Source of the DNA: Macrostomum hystrix
Lineage: Eukaryota; Animalia; Platyhelminthes
Direction: 5' to 3'
Length of the DNA stretch: 64,000 bases
NCBI GenBank assembly: GCA_950097015.1
Contig: CATNEN010000038.1
Coordinates: forward strand, 4,278,001 to 4,342,000
Shown here in pieces: positions 60,774-64,000 of this stretch (the stretch's first letter is position 1; the number at the start of each line of letters is the position of its first letter). The notes under the pieces are model-generated. The model saw nothing but the letters and a program-made list of their open reading frames with translations. It was not told the origin of the DNA and searched no databases. The position numbers and the translations under genes were made by a program.

Positions 60774-63601
60774 ATGGCCGCAACAAAAGGTGTTCCCACC
60801 GTGGACCAGCTGGAGTCCGATGTCATCATGCGAGTGAGTAGTCTAGACTGAATATATTTGTTTAGCATCGCTCTACTTAAAGTAGAGTCTATTGTAAACA
60901 GTGAATAAATATTAAAAAAGCTTTGAAAAATTAAATCTCCAATTAGATCGGGCAGCAGTACTGGATTGGTCGAGATGAGGTCAGCATTGACTTCAAGCAG
61001 CAGGTGGTTGACGCCATATACGCGCAGGAGATTCGGCACTCTCAGTTTGCCCAGCGTCGTATTATGATGCTAGAATTCTTTCGCTACCTGGAGCACTACC
61101 TGTGGCCCTTCTATAGTCCAGAGACGTCCACGGACAGTTTCGTGCTGTCCATCGCCTGCATGGTGAACGAGAAGCGACGCGAACGAGTCCCAGTCTGGCC
61201 GGCTTTCGTTGAACGGCCGAAGCACTTTGGCCACCTCATCAGGCAAACCCTGCGCCTAGCTCTGGACTCTGACAATCAGCTATCGACTAAGGAGCACATT
61301 GTGCTGGTGGATTTCATTGGGCACTGTCTCACTAGCCTTGAGGTTGGTTAGGTTGACGCATTGCATAATAAGCCATAAATTCCAACGTTTCCAACCCAGA
61401 TTATGTTATCGGAGTAGACAATTAGAATAATTTGAGGAATCTTTCATATGTGAATATACAGTCTTATTGTGTGTTTGACTTCTTACCATAATATTGCACG
61501 TACACATAACTTTAAAAAAGCAAAACAGCAATTTTAGATATCCATATTTTTCTCCTCATCCCTTACCTGTCCTCATCCCTAACCTGTCCTCATCCCTTAC
61601 CTGTCCTCATCCCTAACCTGTCCTCATCCCTAACCTGTCCTCATCCCTTACCTGTCCTCATCCCTTACCTGTCCTCATCCCTTTCCTGTCCTCGTCCCTT
61701 ACCTGTCCTCATCCCTTACCTGTCCTCATCCCTTACCTGTCCTCATCCCTTACCTGTCCTCATCCCTTACCTGTCCTCATCCCTTACCTGTCCTCATCCC
61801 TTACCTGTCCTCATCCCTTACCTGTCCTCATCCCTTACCTGTCCTCATCCCTTACCTGTCCTCATCCCTTACCTGTCCTCATCCCTAACCTGTCCTCATC
61901 CCTTACCTGTCCTCATCCCTAACCTGTCCTCATCCCTAACCTGTCCTCATCCCTTACCTGTCCTCATCCCTTAGCTGTCCTCATCCCTTACCTGTCCTCA
62001 TCCCTAACCTGTCCTCGTCCCTTACCTGTCCTCATCCCTTACCTGTCCTCATCCCTTACCTGTCCTCATCCCTTACCTGTCCTCATCCCTTACCTGTCCT
62101 CATCCCTTACCTGTCCTCATCCCTTACCTGTCCTCATCCCTAACCTGTCCTCGTCCCTTACCTGTCCTCATCCCTTACCTGTCCTCATCCCTTACCTGTC
62201 CTCATCCCTTACCTGTCCTCATCCCTAACCTGTCCTCGTCCCTTACCTGTCCTCATCCCTTACCTGTCCTCATCCCTTACCTGTCCTCATCCCTTACCTG
62301 TCCTCATCCCTTACCTGTCCTCATCCCTTACCTGTCCTCATCCCTTACCTGTCCTCATCCCTAACCTGTCCTCGTCCCTTACCTGTCCTCATCCCTTACC
62401 TGTCCTCATCCCTTACCTGTCCTCATCCCTAACCTGTCCTCATCCCTTACCTGTCCTCATCCCTAACCTGTCCTCATCCCTAACCTGTCCTCATCCCTTA
62501 CCTGTCCTCATCCCTAACCTGTCCTCATCCCTTACCTGTCCTCATCCCTTACCTGTCCTCATCCCTTACCTGTCCTCATCCCTTACCTGTCCTCATCCCT
62601 TACCTGTCCTCATCCCTTACCTGTCCTCATCCCTAACCTGTCCTCATCCCTAACCTGTCCTCATCCCTTACCTGTCCTCATCCCTAACCTGTCCTCATCC
62701 CTTACCTGTCCTCATCTCACCTATACTTATCCCACCTGTCCTTACCACCTGTTGACGAGTATTTTAACGCGTTATAAGTTAATTTTATATTGGTATAGAA
62801 TGTCCAAAATAATTTTACGGCCTTTCAAAGAGGTTTCGAGTCAATTGAAAATCTTTCAGTGTAAGCTTATCACTGTGCGTCTAAAGAACTAATTTGCACC
62901 CATTTTAGTACATGCAATTTATATTAGGGTTGATTAAAACAGTAGTTTGACCATTTCTACGGCAGGCCAACTTCAATCCTTCCGATTCTCACCATTCCAA
63001 AGGTTGACCTAGTTCGCGACCAGCTCAAGCGCGTCATCTCACTAGGGATTTGGCGCTGCTTGAGTCCACGGCTGCTGGAACTCACATTGGCCAGTCAGCC
63101 GCGCCACGCCAAACTCTACCGGGCTCTGCTTCGTCGAGACGAGAATATTTCAAAATCTGCATCCCAGGCTGAGCGCGACGCCATGGAATTTGAGTACACC
63201 TTCTTGGCCAACTTTATCGAACGGTTTATTCGAGTCCTGTACTCAGCCAAGCCTTTCACTAGCGACAGTGAGAGCAGGCCTGCTGAGCAGCGGCTCATTG
63301 TTAGCTACTGCGAGCGCTGCCTTCAATTGCTGATTGATTTAGAATCCACCCTGCTGACCAGACGATTCTTCAATCTGCTTCTAGAGGACAGTGGTGTTAT
63401 TGTCCGCTGCAGACTGTCCCCATTGGCTGGAGCATCGGAGACCAATGGCAAGCTGTTCTGTCAGCTGCTGTCCATGCTGGACTTTTATGCCAAATTTGAA
63501 ATTGACGAATTGGAAGGCCAGGCCCTGACAAGCGTGCAGGTGGACAGCCGGCACTGCAGGGATGTTGTTGCACTGCAGAAGTCCGTTTATAAGTTGCACA
63601 G
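60774..63601 (+). CDS. AQR: RNA helicase Aquarius (intron-binding protein IBP160), 5' exons; gene continues beyond window
   Basis: Exons 60774 (or in-frame ATG 60747)-60833, 60947-61342, 63003-63601. PTVDQL; RRIMMLEFFRYLEHYLWP; SIACMVNEKRRERVPVW; LEVDLVRDQ; YCERCLQLLIDLESTLLTRRFFN; LFCQLLSMLDFYAKFEIDE. Confidence 0.95.
61553..62720. repeat. 17-bp pyrimidine-rich minisatellite in AQR intron 2
   Basis: Tandem CCTCATCCCT(T/A)ACCTGT. Confidence 0.95.
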
Positions 63602-63626
63602 GTGAGGCTTTGAGATGTGTAATCCT

Positions 63627-64000
63627 ACTGAACATATTAGAGCTTAGTGGGCAGCTTGTCCAGTGGTCCATGGACTGAACATATTAGAGCTTATTGGGCA
63701 GCTTGTCCAGTGGTCCATGGACTGAACATATTAGAGCTTATTGGGTAGCTTGTCCCTGGTCCATGGACTGAACATATTAGAGCTTATTGGGCAGCTTGTC
63801 CAGTGGTCCATGGACTGAACATATTAGAGCTTATTGGGCAGCTTGTCCAGTGGTCCATGGACTCAACATATTAGAGCTTATTGGGCAGCTTGTCCAGTGG
63901 TCCATGGACTGAACATATTAGAGCTTATTGGGCAGCTTGTCCAGTGGTCCATGGACTGAACATATTAGAGCTTATTGGGCAGCTTGTCCAGTGGTCCATG
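63627..64000. repeat. 47-bp minisatellite in AQR intron 3 (runs off window)
   Basis: Tandem CTGAACATATTAGAGCTTATTGGGCAGCTTGTCCAGTGGTCCATGGA. Confidence 0.95.

Overview
Eukaryotic (metazoan) genomic DNA. GC-rich exons, AT-rich intergenic DNA and minisatellite-filled introns suggest a flatworm such as Macrostomum; this is an inference, not a confirmed identification. Seven spliced protein-coding genes can be reconstructed: a thrombospondin-type-1-repeat membrane protein (+), ASCC2 (+), an Ig-superfamily membrane protein (+), a CYP3-clan cytochrome P450 (+), NCKIPSD/SPIN90 (-), a divergent Rab24-like GTPase (-) and the 5' part of AQR/Aquarius (+). Intron 1 of NCKIPSD holds an apparently intact, very young 8.9-kb Ty3/Gypsy LTR retrotransposon with 800-bp LTRs, a TATT target-site duplication, a tRNA-Leu PBS and a gag/pol -1 frameshift. 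This element has two unusual properties: a third, non-env ORF preceded by its own CCAAT/TATA promoter, and a U5 end built from three 43-bp copies of the LTR-end + PBS junction. ASCC2 appears to lack an in-frame start codon in its first exon, which a flatworm spliced-leader AUG could supply. The rest of the window contains tRNA/CORE-type SINEs, MITEs, a Crypton/DUF3504-like relic and over 20 minisatellite arrays, which account for most of the spurious ORFs.
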